This document shows, piece after piece, positions 52,281 to 63,516 of a DNA stretch of 64,000 bases. Under the pieces are notes generated by a model. That model saw nothing but the letters and a program-made list of their open reading frames with translations, did not search any database and was not told the DNA's origin. The number at the start of each line of letters is the position of its first letter. Positions within the stretch are counted from its first letter, which is position 1. The position numbers and the translations under genes are program-made. The stretch is from Chiloscyllium plagiosum (lineage: Eukaryota): positions 19,955,899-20,019,898 of the forward strand of contig NC_057731.1 of assembly GCF_004010195.1 (NCBI RefSeq), given 5' to 3'.

Positions 52281-52785
52281 TCTCTTACAATAAAAATCTG
52301 AGGTGCAATGTCTCACATCCACCAACAGGAATGCATTCTCTTTATCCCTGTTTCTCTCATATACATGAGCAATTATTACATTGTGTCAGAAGATGAGAAA
52401 CAAGAGGATGAAAAGGTAGAGTCAGAGGAATGAAGCAGCATGCTGGACAACCTCGTTCAATTCCATACTCTACATTTTATTTAAACATCCTGTGTTAAAC
52501 ATGATCAAGTTGCTCAGGCAATCCATAAAGACGATATCCAAATTAAGCTGCCTTAACTGGATTTTAATATCATCAAAGAAAATTGCCACAAAGCTGGTCC
52601 CTTTTTCCCAAAAGCTGTTCCTTTTTTCAAGGAGACTGTGTCCTTGGTTTTTCTCAGAGGTATCGTAAACCACTCCTTTTTCCGATTAGATTAGTTTGGC
52701 ACAGAGATTAAAGCGTGTTGAGAGGCTTTTTTGTTTATATGTAAACAGATGAAACTTCAGGTGAAAGTGGTCATGTTTTAGAAGT

Positions 52786-53628
52786 TCAGATCAACAAATT
52801 TGGACCCAACCAGAACAGTCAGTACCTACAACAAATCTGAAGCCTCCAAATGCTCTCCATCGCATCTCCTCCACTTCCCGCTCCTCCGCCCTTGAGACCC
52901 GCCCCTCCAATCACCACCAGGACAGAACCCCACTGGTCCTTACCTACCACCCCACCAATCTCCATATACATCATATCATCCGTCGTCATTTCCGCCACCT
53001 CCAAATGGACCCCACCACCAGGGATATATTTCCCTTCCCTCCCCTATCAGCGTTCCGAAAAGACCACTCCCTCCGTGACTCCCTTGTCAGNNNNNNNNNN
53101 NNNNNNNNNNNNNNNNNNNNNNNNNNNNNNNNNNNNNNNNNNNNNNNNNNNNNNNNNNNNNNNNNNNNCAACTCTCCCTCCCACTCCACCAAGGACATGC
53201 AGGTCCTTGGACTCCTCCATCGCCAGACCACAGCAACACGACGGCTGGAGGAAGAGTGCCTCATCTTCTGCCTAGCAACCCTCCAACCACAAGGGATGAA
53301 CTCAGATTTCTCCAGTTTCCTCATTTCCCCTCCCCCCAGCTTTTCTCAGTCCCAACCCTCGAACTCAGCACCACCTTCCTAACCTGCAATCTTCTTCCTG
53401 ACCTCTCTGTCCCCACCCTCACTTCGGCCTATCACCATCACCTTAACCTCCTTCCACCTATCACATTTCCAATGCCCCTCCCCTAAGTCCCTCCTCCCTA
53501 TCTTTTATCTTAGCCTGCTTGGCACACTCTCCTCATTCCTGAAGAAGGGCTCATGCCCGAAACATCGATTCTCCTGCTCCTTGGATGCTGCCTAACCTGC
53601 TGCGCTTTTCCAGCAACACATTTTAAAC
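52786..53628 (+). mobile_element. Penelope-like element (Neptune-type) inserted in the LTR with a 15-bp TSD; contains a 78-N gap at 53091-53168
   Basis: TSD TCATGTTTTAGAAGT at 52771-52785 and 53629-53643. Protein PLVLTYHP...LSAFRKDHSLRDSLV and RRLEEECLIFCLATLQPQGMN. Confidence 0.92.
53539..53566 (+). ncRNA. minimal hammerhead ribozyme motif
   Basis: CTGAAGA-a-GGGC tcat GCCC-GAAAC-ATC. Confidence 0.65.
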
Positions 53629-54172
53629 TCATGTTTTAGAAGTGACCTGTATAATGAAAGGGGAGTGGTCAGCTCTCTAGCTGAGCAGTTCAGTCCAGAA
53701 CTAGTTGGGAGTTCAACAGTGAGCTGTGTGGAAACTCCCTCTCTCCTTTTGCCTTTCTGTCTTCAACCTGTCAACATTTGTTCAATTTTTTTATTGGTCT
53801 TTAAGGGGGTTGCTTTTTGGGACTGTTGTGTATGTTCGGAACAGCACAATTAAGTCTAGTTTGGACAGACTGAGTTTTGTGGGGTGGGGGTTCCTTATTC
53901 TGTTCTTTGTGTTTCATTGTGCAACTTTGTGAATACATTTTTGTCTGCTTTAAAACCTGGTGGTCAACCTAGCTAACTTACTGTGGCTGTTTTTCACTGT
54001 ACACGTACAGAAACAAAAAGCAAAGTTATGGTCTGGGCTGCCTGCTTGAGAATTTTTTGAGCCTAGACAATAAGAGATTGGCACTTTGCGAGATGTTAAA
54101 TAGTGAGTGGTAGGTGCTAGTGTCTCTATTTCAGGTGTTGGCCTGGTTGGGTAGACAAAGCTTGGGATAGTA

Positions 54173-54890
54173 ATGGCTCTTTCAGTCACCAAAGGTTTTC
54201 TGGAAATGGATGCAGTGACTCTGGAAGTTTTGCAAATGGTGAATAACATCAAGCTGCAGGAATTAGCAGAAAAATTGGAATTGGAACTGTCTGCTCCTGC
54301 GAGGAAAGGAGAAATAATTATAGCAGTAGCTCAGCATTTAAACTTGCTGGAGAAACCATCAATATCTCAAGAATTCAATTGCAAAGGAAGCAGCTTGAGT
54401 GAGAAGTGAGAGATAAGGAAAGGGCAGCAGTTTGAATTATGATTAAAAACAGAAGAGAGGGAAAAAGAGAGAGCAGCAGAACAGAGAGAAAAAGAGAGAG
54501 CAGCAGAATAGAGAGAAAAAGAGAGAGCAGCAGAAGAGAAAGAAAAAAGAGAGCTTTTGAACTTCAGAAACTGACACTTAAAAAGGAAAGTGAGCTTAAA
54601 AGGCTGGAGATAAAGGTTGTAGGTACCATTAACGAGGAAGTAATGCAAACTCATGTGGCAGAGCAGAGAGTTAAACAGCAAGGTTAACATCTGATGTGGC
54701 TGATGATTATGAGCTGGTGCATAAAACTTGGTTTGGCTTCCGGAATCAATTTCAGTCCATGAGGGATAGAAATTGGGACAAAGAGAAACCCTTGTGTAAA
54801 AAGGAAACCCTTGGGGGGACAAAGAAGTTAAAAAGCTCTGGTGTTTTCATTGTAATAAAGGGGTCACACAAAATCACAGTGTTGCTGGGA
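54173..54890 (+). pseudogene. gag: gag remnant (internally deleted) with zinc knuckle
   Basis: LQELAEKLEL..RKGEII, charged repeats, THVAEQRVK...ADDYELVHK, and a frameshifted CFHCNK.GHTKSQC CCHC knuckle near 54841. Confidence 0.75.
54455..54535 (+). repeat. 27-bp tandem repeat x3 in gag
   Basis: (nagag[ag]gaaaaagagagagcagcagaa)3, encoding REKERAAE(Q/*/E). Confidence 0.9.
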
Positions 54891-55039
54891 TAGGAGAAAG
54901 CCAGATGCAGGAAAACCGGACATGCCTGTGAGTTATGTTGGACGAGTTACAAAAAGTACAAGGGAAGTTAGACAACTGCCTCAAAGTGTACAAGATGATC
55001 TGAGGTTAATTAAAGAGCAAGTGCCAGATCTGCTTAAAA

Positions 55040-57915
55040 AATATAGATGCAAGGGTAAAGTTTATTCAAATAGGTCAGAAGTAGCAGGTAAAGGGGTTAC
55101 AATATTAAGGGACACAGGATCCTCAGTCTGTGATGCTGAAGGATGAGGAGATATATACTCCTGAGGGATTATTGTCAGAAAAGGTATTGGTAACAGGAAT
55201 TCATGGTGAGACAAAAGTGCTCAATTATGTAAAGTGAGGCTAGACAGTCCAGAGAAGAGTGGAGAATTTGTGGTAGGAGTACTGGACAAACTCTTAGTTC
55301 CAGGAATACAATTTGTCCTTGCCAATGATATAGCTGATTCACCAGTGGCTGTGCTGCCTAATCTAGTTGAAAAGCCAGTGGAGATGCAGGCACCTGAACA
55401 AATGAATAATGCTTTTCCAGGAATTTCCCCAGAATGGGTGGTCACAAGATTATAGAGGCACAAGTTGAAGCAGGAGAGGTCAAGAGGAACAGGTAAGGAA
55501 GCTGACCTGAGACTTCTTTTGATCAGATAAGTGGGGCAGAGCAGGAGCAACTAGGTAAACGTGCAAGTATCTTTAGTTCTGCTATGCTTATTGAGTTACG
55601 GCAGAAAGATGAGAAGTTAAAATAGTTGTATTAAAAGGAATTTACAGAGAAGGAGCGTGAATGTATCACTTATGTGTTATTACTTAACAAATTATGTCTT
55701 AATGAGAAAATGGAGACCATCACACATTCAAGCTGATGAGAAATGGGCGGAGATTCACCAAATTGTTTTGCCAGTAGGGTATAGAAAGGAGGTGCTGCAA
55801 GTGGCGCATGAAGTACCAGGTCATTTAGGGGTGAGGAAAACACAGGCTAAAATACAAATCATTTTTACTGGCCTGGACTACACAAAGATATAGTTGAATT
55901 TTGTCAGACGTGTCACATATGTCAGTTAATCGGAAAACAACAAGCAGTAATAAAATCTGTACCTTTAATATTTATTCCAACATTTGAGGAACCTTTCACA
56001 AGAGTCTTAATTGATTGCATAGGTCCCCTATCGCAAACAAAAAGTGGAAATAAGTATTTATTAACAATAATGGATGTGTCGACTAGATTTCCGTAGGAAT
56101 CCCATTATGCAACATCACAGCTAAAAAGGTTGTAGAAGAATTACTTAAATTTTTTACTAGATACAGACTATCAATAGAGATCCAGTCAGATCAAGGATTG
56201 AACTTCACATCCAAATTATTCAAGGAGGTGAGGGATAACTTGACAATAAAGTAATTCATATCTACTGTATACCATTCCAAATCGCGGGGAACGCTAGAAA
56301 GATGGCATCAAATACTAAAGACCAGGCTGAGGACTTATGGTCAGGATTATTCAGACGATTGGGATAAGGGAGTTCCATTTGTACTTTTTGCAGTCAGAGA
56401 TATACCAAATGAATCAACCAAATTCAGTTGTTTGAATTAATTTTGGGGCAAGAAGTAAGAGAACCATTAAGATTGATTACGGAGAAATTAATAAATCAGA
56501 ATTCAGAGACCATCCATTTGGACTCTGTGTCAAATTTTAGAAAACAATTAAATAGAGCTGGAGAGTTGGCTGGACAGCATTTAAAAGTATCACAGCATAC
56601 AGTGAAACAGGAAGCGGACAAGAAGTTACAAATGCACAATTTTGCAATTGGGGATAAGGTATTGGTGGTACTTCCAGTAACAGGTGAACCTTTAAAATCA
56701 AGATTTGTTGGATCTTATCAAATAGAGAAGAAATTTGACACAGGTTCAGAAGGATATAGAGTGCATGCTCCAAGATGGCATAAACAAAGTGAGTTACAGT
56801 GACTGGAGCTCACCTATAGTCATGGTGCCAAAGTCAGATGGTACCCAACAGTTATGTGTGGACTATCACAAAGTCAACACCATTACAAAGACTGCTGCAT
56901 ATCCAATTCCACAGTTGGAGGACTGTGTCGAGAAAGTAGGACAAGCAACTTACATTTCTAAGTTGGATTGCTTAGAGGCTACTGACAAGTACCTGTCAGA
57001 GCAAAAGCAATTTTGACTTTTGTAAAGCCAAGTGGACAATATCAGTTCAAAGTCATGTCATTTGTTATGAAAAACGCTCCAGCCATATTTCAGAGACTGA
57101 CTATAAGGTCATTGCTGGGTTACCCAATTGTGTTGTTTACATTGATGACCTGATGTTTTTTAGTCACTCATGGAAGGAACATTTACATCATTTATTGGAC
57201 TTGGTGGTAAACCTCGTTAAAAGTGAATTTGCCAAAGCCCAAGTCACCTTCATGGGCCATGTTATTGGACATGGACAAATGGCCCCACAAGATGCAAAAC
57301 GAGAATAATTGAGGAATTTCCCACACCGTTGACGAAAAAAGCAGTACTACGGTTCCTGGGATTGAGTGGATTTTACCGAAAGCTTGTGCCGAACTTTAGC
57401 AGTGTGGCAGCTCCTCTCACCGAATTGTTAAAAAAGCGCAAGAGGTTTCAGTGGACAGCAGACTATCAAAACGCATTTGACAGCCTAAAAACTGTGTTAA
57501 CCACTGTCCCAGTATTAGCCACACCAGAATACACAAAGTCTTTCAAGGTGGCTATCGATGCCAGTGATGTGGTTTTCAGTGCGGTGCTCCTGCAGGAGGA
57601 TGATGAGGGGATAGAAAGACCCACTGGAAATTTTTCCAGGAAGTTGAACGTTCATCAACAGAAATATTCAATGGTGGTGAAAGAGACTTTAAGCTTGGTG
57701 TTGGCCTTACAACATTTCAATGTTTATATTACCAGCAATGCATCTGAGACAATCATATACACTGATCATAACTCATTGACATTTGTGGAAAAAATTAAGG
57801 ACAAAAATGCCAGACTGTTTAGATGAAGCTTGTTGTTACAGCCATTCAATTTGACAATTGTGCAGGTGGCAGGTCACAAAACCGTGATTGCTGATGCATT
57901 ATCAAGACTTGAATG
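55040..57915 (+). pseudogene. pol: pol remnant: protease - integrase - RT - RNase H
   Basis: ILRDTGS (~55110); AHEVPGHLG..CQTCHIC, IDCIGP, SDQG and LERWH (55800-56310); WSSPIVMVPK..LCVDY and YIDD (56800-57150); IDASD, YTDHN and IADALSR (57550-57910). Confidence 0.93.
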
Positions 57916-58085
57916 AGATATGGGGGTGTTTAGTGGCATGGGGTGCCATGGCTCTGCATGTTTGCATGTTTATAGTTAGTATCATGTATATGTGTGTTTT
58001 AGACTACTAACCATTTTGTTTTCAAAGGGTTTTAAAAATGAAGCCATCTTTTGGTATTGATGGTTCATTTCTTTTAAGGGATGGG

Positions 58086-58187
58086 TGTCACAAAACTGGT
58101 TCCTTTTTTTCAAAAAGCTGTTCCTTTTTCTTAAGCAGGCAGTCTGGGCTGCTTTAATGTTTTAAGTGGTCTGCCTAGCCCATAACA
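58086..58187 (+). repeat. 3' LTR, internally collapsed to about 100 bp
   Basis: TGTCAC...CATAACA; retains only the first ~45 and last ~45 bp of the 5' LTR. Confidence 0.8.
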
Positions 58188-58829
58188 AAATCAAATAAAA
58201 TATTAAAGCATGATCTACTATTCTCAACCTATATTGACTCTTTTGGTCAGTTCATACTTGTTAAAATTTTTGGTCACCCTGTCCTGATGGTAGATTCCAG
58301 TAACTGACCTAATACAGATTATTGAATATATCCAGCAAGTTCTGATTTCTTCAATCTCCTGCCTTAAATAATGGAGTGAAGCCACAAATTTCAAAATCAA
58401 AGCACAATTCCTGAATGCAGGAAGGTTTATAAATTAATGACCAACCCTTCTGCAATTTCCCTAAATTTTACAACTTCAAGTTGGCAACTAACTGATCCTA
58501 GAGATAAGTCTTAGGCCACATTACTTTCTCCATTTTAATTTGTGTTAAATCCACACAGTAGCTTCCATAACTTATATTTGTCCTTTTCCAACACTGTGAA
58601 AGCATTGATTTGACCAGCCTTCCATGTCCTTAATATCAACCATAATTAAGAACCTGTGAAGAGTTCTCAGCTTTTTGACAAGGAGCAGAGAGGCTGATCA
58701 GATTAGCCATGATACCATTAAATGGCAAGCAAACTGAACGGGTCAAATGTCCTATTTCTGTTCCTGTGCCTCATGGTCTTATGAACATATGGATTGGTTT
58801 GAAAAGCATTGCAAGCTAATCAACGGAAG

Positions 58830-60990
58830 CAACACCACAATTCAAGAAAAAAAAGGAGCACATCATGAGGTGTCTGAAGGCAACATTCTTGAAAAACTTG
58901 CATCATAAAGAACCAATAGTAGCTGGAAAGAACATGGGAGTTCCACCAGCTGACAGATGACAACAATATATGACACAGCAGAGATAGACTTCTTGACACA
59001 AATGCGGAACCACATTTCCCTGATCTGGGAAGAGGAGCACATATTGGAAAGTTTCAAAGAATCTGTAATCATGTCTTCTTCAAGGAAGGGGTGTAATTGT
59101 AGTAATTACTTTGATGCCTACTATAAGGAAGACCATTGGCAGGATCTTTCACAACCACCTCCTCCCACAACTGTTAGGCTGGTTTTTGCCCCATTGAGAA
59201 GTACTAGAAATGCCATTTTTATTGCATGACTAATCTTGGAAGATTCCAGGGGCCAACAGCAAATGTTCTATATTGCCTCTGTGATCTCCCAGAAGTCTTT
59301 GACTCCATCAATCATGAGGGCTATGGAGCATTCTCCTCAAATTTGGCAGTTCTCAAAAAATTTATCACATCCCTTCACCTATCACCTGGTTAGATGCAAT
59401 TCAAGGTCTTTAGGAGTCAAGAACCAAAGACCTTATCTCAGTGAAGACTCCAGTGAAACAAAATTGCTGTGTATCGAAACCTTTCTTTCACAATTCTGCA
59501 CCTCACTTCCAGCAAGGTCCCCACAAGCTGACGAAGACATTATTTAAGCTTTGTCATCTTTCCTACAAAACTAAGATTCCTTCAACATCAGTCATTGAGC
59601 TTTAGTATATAGTTAATTCTTGTGTTTGTGCTCATTCAGAGACAAGCTCCAAGTCATCATTGATTCTTTACTGAAATATATAAAATAATGTGACTTAGTT
59701 TAAACAATTGGAAATCTAATTTGCTTTTCCAACATGCTAGCACAGTGCAACATCACCCCCTGCTGACTAAGATTCAGGAAAAAAATGGATCACTTTCCAT
59801 ATATTGAGCTGGTATAACTCAATGATATCAATAATGAAATCCATCAACACATCCAGTGTGCCAGTTCAACCTTTAGTCAACTGAGGAAAAGAACATTAGT
59901 TGATCAGAATCTCATATTCAAGACTAAAGTTACAGTTAACTGTGCGACAGTTATCTCTACAACCCTTTATGTTTCAGATTCATAGACAGCTACTGAAGAT
60001 TCAAAGTTTGTGAGAAGATTTGTAGCTCGGGTGCTCGTTGTTGTGGTTCTGTTCGCCGAGTTGGGAATTTGTGTTGCAGACGATTTGTCCCCTGTCTAGA
60101 TGACATCCTCAGTGCTTGGGAGCCTCCTGTGAAGCGCTTCTGTGATCTTTCCTCCGGCATTTGTAGTAGTTTGAATCTGCCGCTTCCGGTTGTCAGTTCC
60201 AGCTGCCCGTTGCAGTGGTCGGTATATTGGGTCCAGGTCGATGTGCTTATTGATTGAATCTGTGGATGAGTGCCAGGCCTCTAGGAATTCCCTGGCTGTT
60301 CTCTGTTTGGCTTGTCCTATAATAGTAGTGTTGTCCCAGTCGAATTCATGTTGCTTGTCATCTGCGTGTGTGGCTACTAAGGATAGCTGGTCGTGTCGTT
60401 TCATGGCTAGTTGGTGTTCATGGATGCAGATCGTTAGCTGTCTTCCTATTTGTCCTATGTAGTGTTTTGTGCAGTCCTTGCGTGGGATTTTGTACACTAC
60501 ATTGGTTTTGCTCATGCTGGGTATCGGGTCCTTCGTTCTGGTGAGTTGTTGTCTGAGAGTGGCTGTTGGTTTGTGTGCTGTCATGAGTCCTAGTGGTCGC
60601 AGTAGTCTGGCTGTCAGTTCGGAAATGCTCATGATGTATGGTAGTGTGGCTAGTCTTTTGGGTTGCGGCATGTCCTCGTTCCATTGACACCACACTCCTG
60701 AAATAACTGGTCTGCTTCAAATTTCATTGCACCAGGAGGTTCCCAAGAAGGAAAAGGAGATCCAATATCCATATCAATTCACGGAAATCCTTGAACCCTG
60801 ACCACTTTTTATATAAAAGAAGCATTCAGAAAGATGCAAAAGAAACTCAGAAGATTGTAACCGGAACACATGGAGTCCAAGTTGCTGCAGAGCAAGGAAC
60901 CCATTTACCCATCCTTTCAAATACATACTGTGCCTCGTGGGTGAGATCTGCAGGTCACACCATCGTAAAATGGACTAATCTGCAATGAAA
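58830..60990 (+). mobile_element. old RTE-clade LINE remnant, interrupted by a Penelope element
   Basis: HISLIWEEE...ESVIM..RKGCNCSNY and GLWSILLKFGSSQK resemble RTE RT. C-terminal pieces lie at 59820-59995 and 60690-60990. Confidence 0.7.
60000..60683 (-). mobile_element. young Penelope-like element 3' part (Poseidon-type GIY-YIG)
   Basis: Open frame TLPYI...TNVVYKIPRKDCTKHYIGQIGRQL...HEH...REFLEAWHS...INKHIDLDPIY. Decayed hammerhead CTGAGGA...(G)AAA..GTC at 60112-60079. Confidence 0.93.
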
Positions 60991-62202
60991 GAAAGTCAAT
61001 CTTGATCCTAATGAATTGCCTAAGAGAGATTATTAACAAATCAATTGCATGTGCATTTCATGGGCTGTTACTTATTCACCCTCATCAGTTTCTTTCTCTT
61101 TGTACTTTTTTTGAAAATGATTAGTTTTGAAACCTCTTAACATTTTTTGTTCATATTTTGATTTTGGTTCTCATTATGTTCTTTTGCACTCCTTGATTCA
61201 GAGTCATAACCTTCATTGGTGCCACATGATGAGACTTTGGGGTTGCCTATTTCAAGTAGGCAATGGCTATTATGGAACTTGGACTGGTCCAATTCCTGCT
61301 GCAAAAAATGTCCGTGAAGAGCTAGGTGTGGTCTTTCATGTTGCAATTTAAGCACTCTCAGCCATATTCAACCTCTCCTCCACTCAACAGTTGAAGACCA
61401 CATGTTCAACAATTCTCATATGCCCCAAATTTCACTCTGGTGTCACACGAAATCTGGGGCTATTAAAATGGTGTTGTATGGGGAATGGTTTAGTAAGCAC
61501 TGCCTTAGTTGTTTAACATGTGTTTGAGATAAAATAAAGCTATTAGCAATCAAACCTCCCTGGGATAGACAGCAAGTCTATCGCACCATGTTACCAACTT
61601 TCGCAAGATATATCCTTTCATGCTATCACACATCAAACTGTAATATGTTATGTGAGCAGTGCCACGGTAATTTCCTTCTGCACGTTATGTGTAATGCAAT
61701 TGTAAACCTCGTTAAAAAAACCAGGAATACAATCATGGCATTCAAATCATTCACACATTATAATCATCCATTACGCTTATAATAGCACAGCAAAGACAGC
61801 AAAACAGCTCAAGCTGCTAAATAAAATTTGCCAATATACTTTATGCTAAAACTTTGCTTATATGAAACCCACCACCAACCTGTAATTACACCTTGCCATA
61901 ATGCTGAAATTATTATCCTTAATAGCCAGTCAAGCAGGAAAGATCTTTCTCCAAGTCTTATAGCAGAGACTGCATGTATTGCATATTAATATTGTTAATT
62001 CAGCTCATTAATGATCTTTGTACACTGCTAATCTTTCACTCATCCTGCAGTTTGCTCATTTTGAGTGAGAGATGAATTCCCTATTCAATTATTTAGACAG
62101 CTATTGACCAACAGTAAAAAGCATTCACAGTAAAGAGCTTCTCTGCTCACAAAACACTAGAAAATCTGGGCTTGATAGTCACTTGACCAGGGAAAAGATG
62201 AA

Positions 62203-62333
62203 GGGCGGCACGGTGGCACAGTGGTTAGCACTGCTGCCTCACAGCGCCAGAGACCCGGGTTCGGCGGGTCGGTGTGGACTTGTTGGGCCGAAGGGCCTGT
62301 TTCCACACTGTAATCTAATCTATTAAAAAAAAA
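62203..62333 (+). mobile_element. internally deleted mini-HE1 SINE
   Basis: tRNA head to ...acccgggttc joined directly to tail ggcgggtcggtgtggacttgttgggccgaagggcc...taatctaatct and an A run. Confidence 0.9.
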
Positions 62334-62547
62334 GATAGCACCCACCTAATTACTCTGATTTCAGTTTGCCCAAAATCCACCCACTTCTTGTCAATTAAAA
62401 ACTGAGCCTAAGGTTTTTGTACTGAACTTTTTACTGATTTACATTAACAGAATTAAACTGCTTTAAAATATTCCTTGGTTCAGAAGGAAATTGACTTAAC
62501 AGATGTGATAAAGCAGAATACTAATCTAATTAAGTTCTTTGAAAAAG

Positions 62548-62665
62548 GGTTCTGATGAAACATTGACTCTATTTCTCTGAACAGACACTGTCTGATCAGC
62601 TAAATACAGTGTATTTTCAGCATTCTCTGTTTTTTATTCAGCTCTCCAGCACTTGCAGTAGTTTG
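62548..62665 (+). repeat. old Penelope-associated terminal fragment
   Basis: ttctgatgaaacattgactctatttctct...ttcagcattctctgtttttattcag; hammerhead stem II appears deleted. Confidence 0.55.
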
Positions 62666-62904
62666 CTTGAAGTCCTTTCTCACTTGGCAACTCTCAAGGG
62701 AATTCCAGACTTGTCTGAGCAGGACAAGCGACTGTGAGGGTTAAATTCAATAATTCCGAAAACTGGCACAGGGATTGCTGTGCAGGTTGACTGTGATTGT
62801 TGCTTCTGATTCAGATACCAATCTGGCTTTGTGCAGCCTACTAATTGACACGATGGCAATGCATAACCAGTGCTAACCACACTGTTTAGCGGCTGTAGTC
62901 TCAG

Positions 62905-63516
62905 AGAGTCATGGAGTCATAGAGATGTACAGCATGGAAACAGAACCTTCGGTCCAACTGGTCCATGCCGACCAGATATCCCAACCTAATCTAGTCCCAT
63001 TTACCAGCACCTGGCCTGTATCCCTCTAAACCCTTCCTATTCATATACCCATCTAGATGCTTTTTAAATGCCGCAATTATATTAACCTCCTCCACTTCCT
63101 CTGCTCATTCCACAACCCTCTGTGTGGAAAAGTCACCCCAGAGGTCCCTTTTCTCTCTCACCCTAAACCTATGCCCTCTAGTTCTGGACTCCCCCACTCC
63201 AGGGAAAAGACTTTATTTATCCTATGTCCCTCATGATTTTATAAACCTCTATAAGGTCACTCCTCAGCCTCTAATGCTCCAGGGAAAACAGCCCCAGCCT
63301 ATTCAGCCTCTCCCTATAGCTCAAATCCTCCAACCTCGGCAACATCCTTGTAAATCTGTTCTGAACCCTTTCAAGATTCACAACATCCTTCCGATAGGAA
63401 ATCATGTCTCACGAACTTGATTGAGTTTTTGAATAAGTGACAAAGAGGATTGATAAGGGCAGAGCGGTGGACGTGATCTCTATGGACTTCAGTAAGGCGT
63501 TTGACAGGGTTCCCCA
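62905..63516 (-). mobile_element. HER1-type CR1 with an inverted 5' segment (63397-63516 on the + strand)
   Basis: Minus-strand 3' end runs up to SYRKDVV, then the plus strand reads KSCLTNLIEF..VTKRIDKGRAVDVISMDFSKAFDRVP. Confidence 0.9.

Larger units (their letters stand above)
52584..54075 (+). repeat. 5' LTR (interrupted by a Penelope element)
   Basis: Start tgccacaaagctggtcccttttt..aaaagctgttccttttt matches 58086-58129; end gtctgggctgc...gcctagacaataaga matches 58142-58187. Confidence 0.8.
52584..58187 (+). mobile_element. Gmr1-like Ty3/gypsy LTR retrotransposon, decayed provirus
   Basis: AAAT TSD at 52580-52583 and 58188-58191; matching LTR starts at 52584 and 58086; gag-PR-IN-RT-RH remnants; purine tract aagggatggg before the 3' LTR. 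Confidence 0.92.

Noticed and set aside
54455-54535. Short direct repeats as a CRISPR-like array
   Set aside because: Head-to-tail 27-bp coding repeats with no spacers, inside a retrotransposon gag in a vertebrate genome.
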